Source: Lama glama (taxonomy: Eukaryota). Taken from it: 64,000 nt of DNA. Where the stretch lies: contig CM052817.1 of the NCBI GenBank assembly GCA_028534125.1, positions 74,402,001 through 74,466,000 on the forward strand, read 5' to 3'. Of the stretch, positions 63,394 through 64,000 are shown piece after piece (position 1 is the first letter of the stretch; each line of letters starts with the position of its first letter). A model generated the notes under the pieces. That model was not told the DNA's origin, ran no database searches, and worked only from the letters and a program-made list of their open reading frames with translations. Both the position numbers and the translations under genes were made by a program.

Positions 63394-64000
63394 TGCCTAT
63401 TCTAACCACTTTACATGACTTAGTATTAAAATAAGCAGCAAAATTAAACTATTAAAAAAACTAAAGAACTAAGAAATTATACACACTCCAAATATACACA
63501 TATACACAGAAAGCAACTCACTGTCCAGACCTCCTCACATTTTTGTTAGAGGAGAAATAAACATATTTTTGTTTTGGGGGTATATTTTTCTGGTTTCCCG
63601 CCTGCCTGGTCCTCTTGATTTAGTGACATATTTGACTCCCTCCATTCAAAGTGCTATTCAGAGGCTTTCAAAAGTCTATTTTAGAAATATTATTTTATCA
63701 ATGACCATATAGGTTAAGTAGAAAGAAACAATAATAAACTTCCCAATGCTGTGGCTAATTTGGCTTGGGTTTCATACGTATCTCAATGGAATGTTTTTCT
63801 ACCTACAGACTCCCTTTCCTAAGGATCTATAAAGCAGAATTGGGCATCCTCTGTCCCCACTCCCCCAGCAACAAAAAATGTGATAAAGCCTGTAGCCTGC
63901 AGGGGAGAAAATACAACAGATAAAATAGTAAATGTACTTTTTATTACTGGAAAACTTCTTTGGTGTAAGAGGATAATATTGTTTAAGTAAGATAAGGATC

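Overview
Mammalian genomic DNA, AT-rich and repeat-dense. It is probably camelid: it carries a Vic-1-like tRNA-derived SINE and artiodactyl-type L1 3' ends, and I saw no Alu, B1, Bov-A/tA, PRE1 or CanSINE. The only protein-coding feature I can support is the first coding exon of arylsulfatase J (ARSJ) on the minus strand (38234->37837, 398 nt, phase-2 GT donor), in a CpG island at about 38.1-39.5 kb. Positions 1-37836 appear to be ARSJ intron 1, with no further exon recognised, and positions above about 40 kb are upstream intergenic DNA. The rest is transposon-derived (L1, L2, L3/CR1, MIR, MER5, MER115-like, MaLR and ERV1 solo LTRs, several with intact TSDs) or simple repeats. The other ORF-track entries look like chance or TE-derived ORFs. 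I found no evidence for a new gene system. The most interesting observations are regulatory or structural: uORF and alternative-start architecture of ARSJ; clustered upstream splice donors with a 5'UTR acceptor; a CCAAT-array/octamer solo LTR; a CpG-rich L1 promoter with dimeric tandem monomers pointing at ARSJ; a non-TE 240-bp duplication; a templated micro-insertion; a solo poly(A) insertion; and an unexplained ~60-bp inverted repeat pair. TE family names come from remembered consensus resemblance, not a database search, and boundaries without TSDs are approximate.
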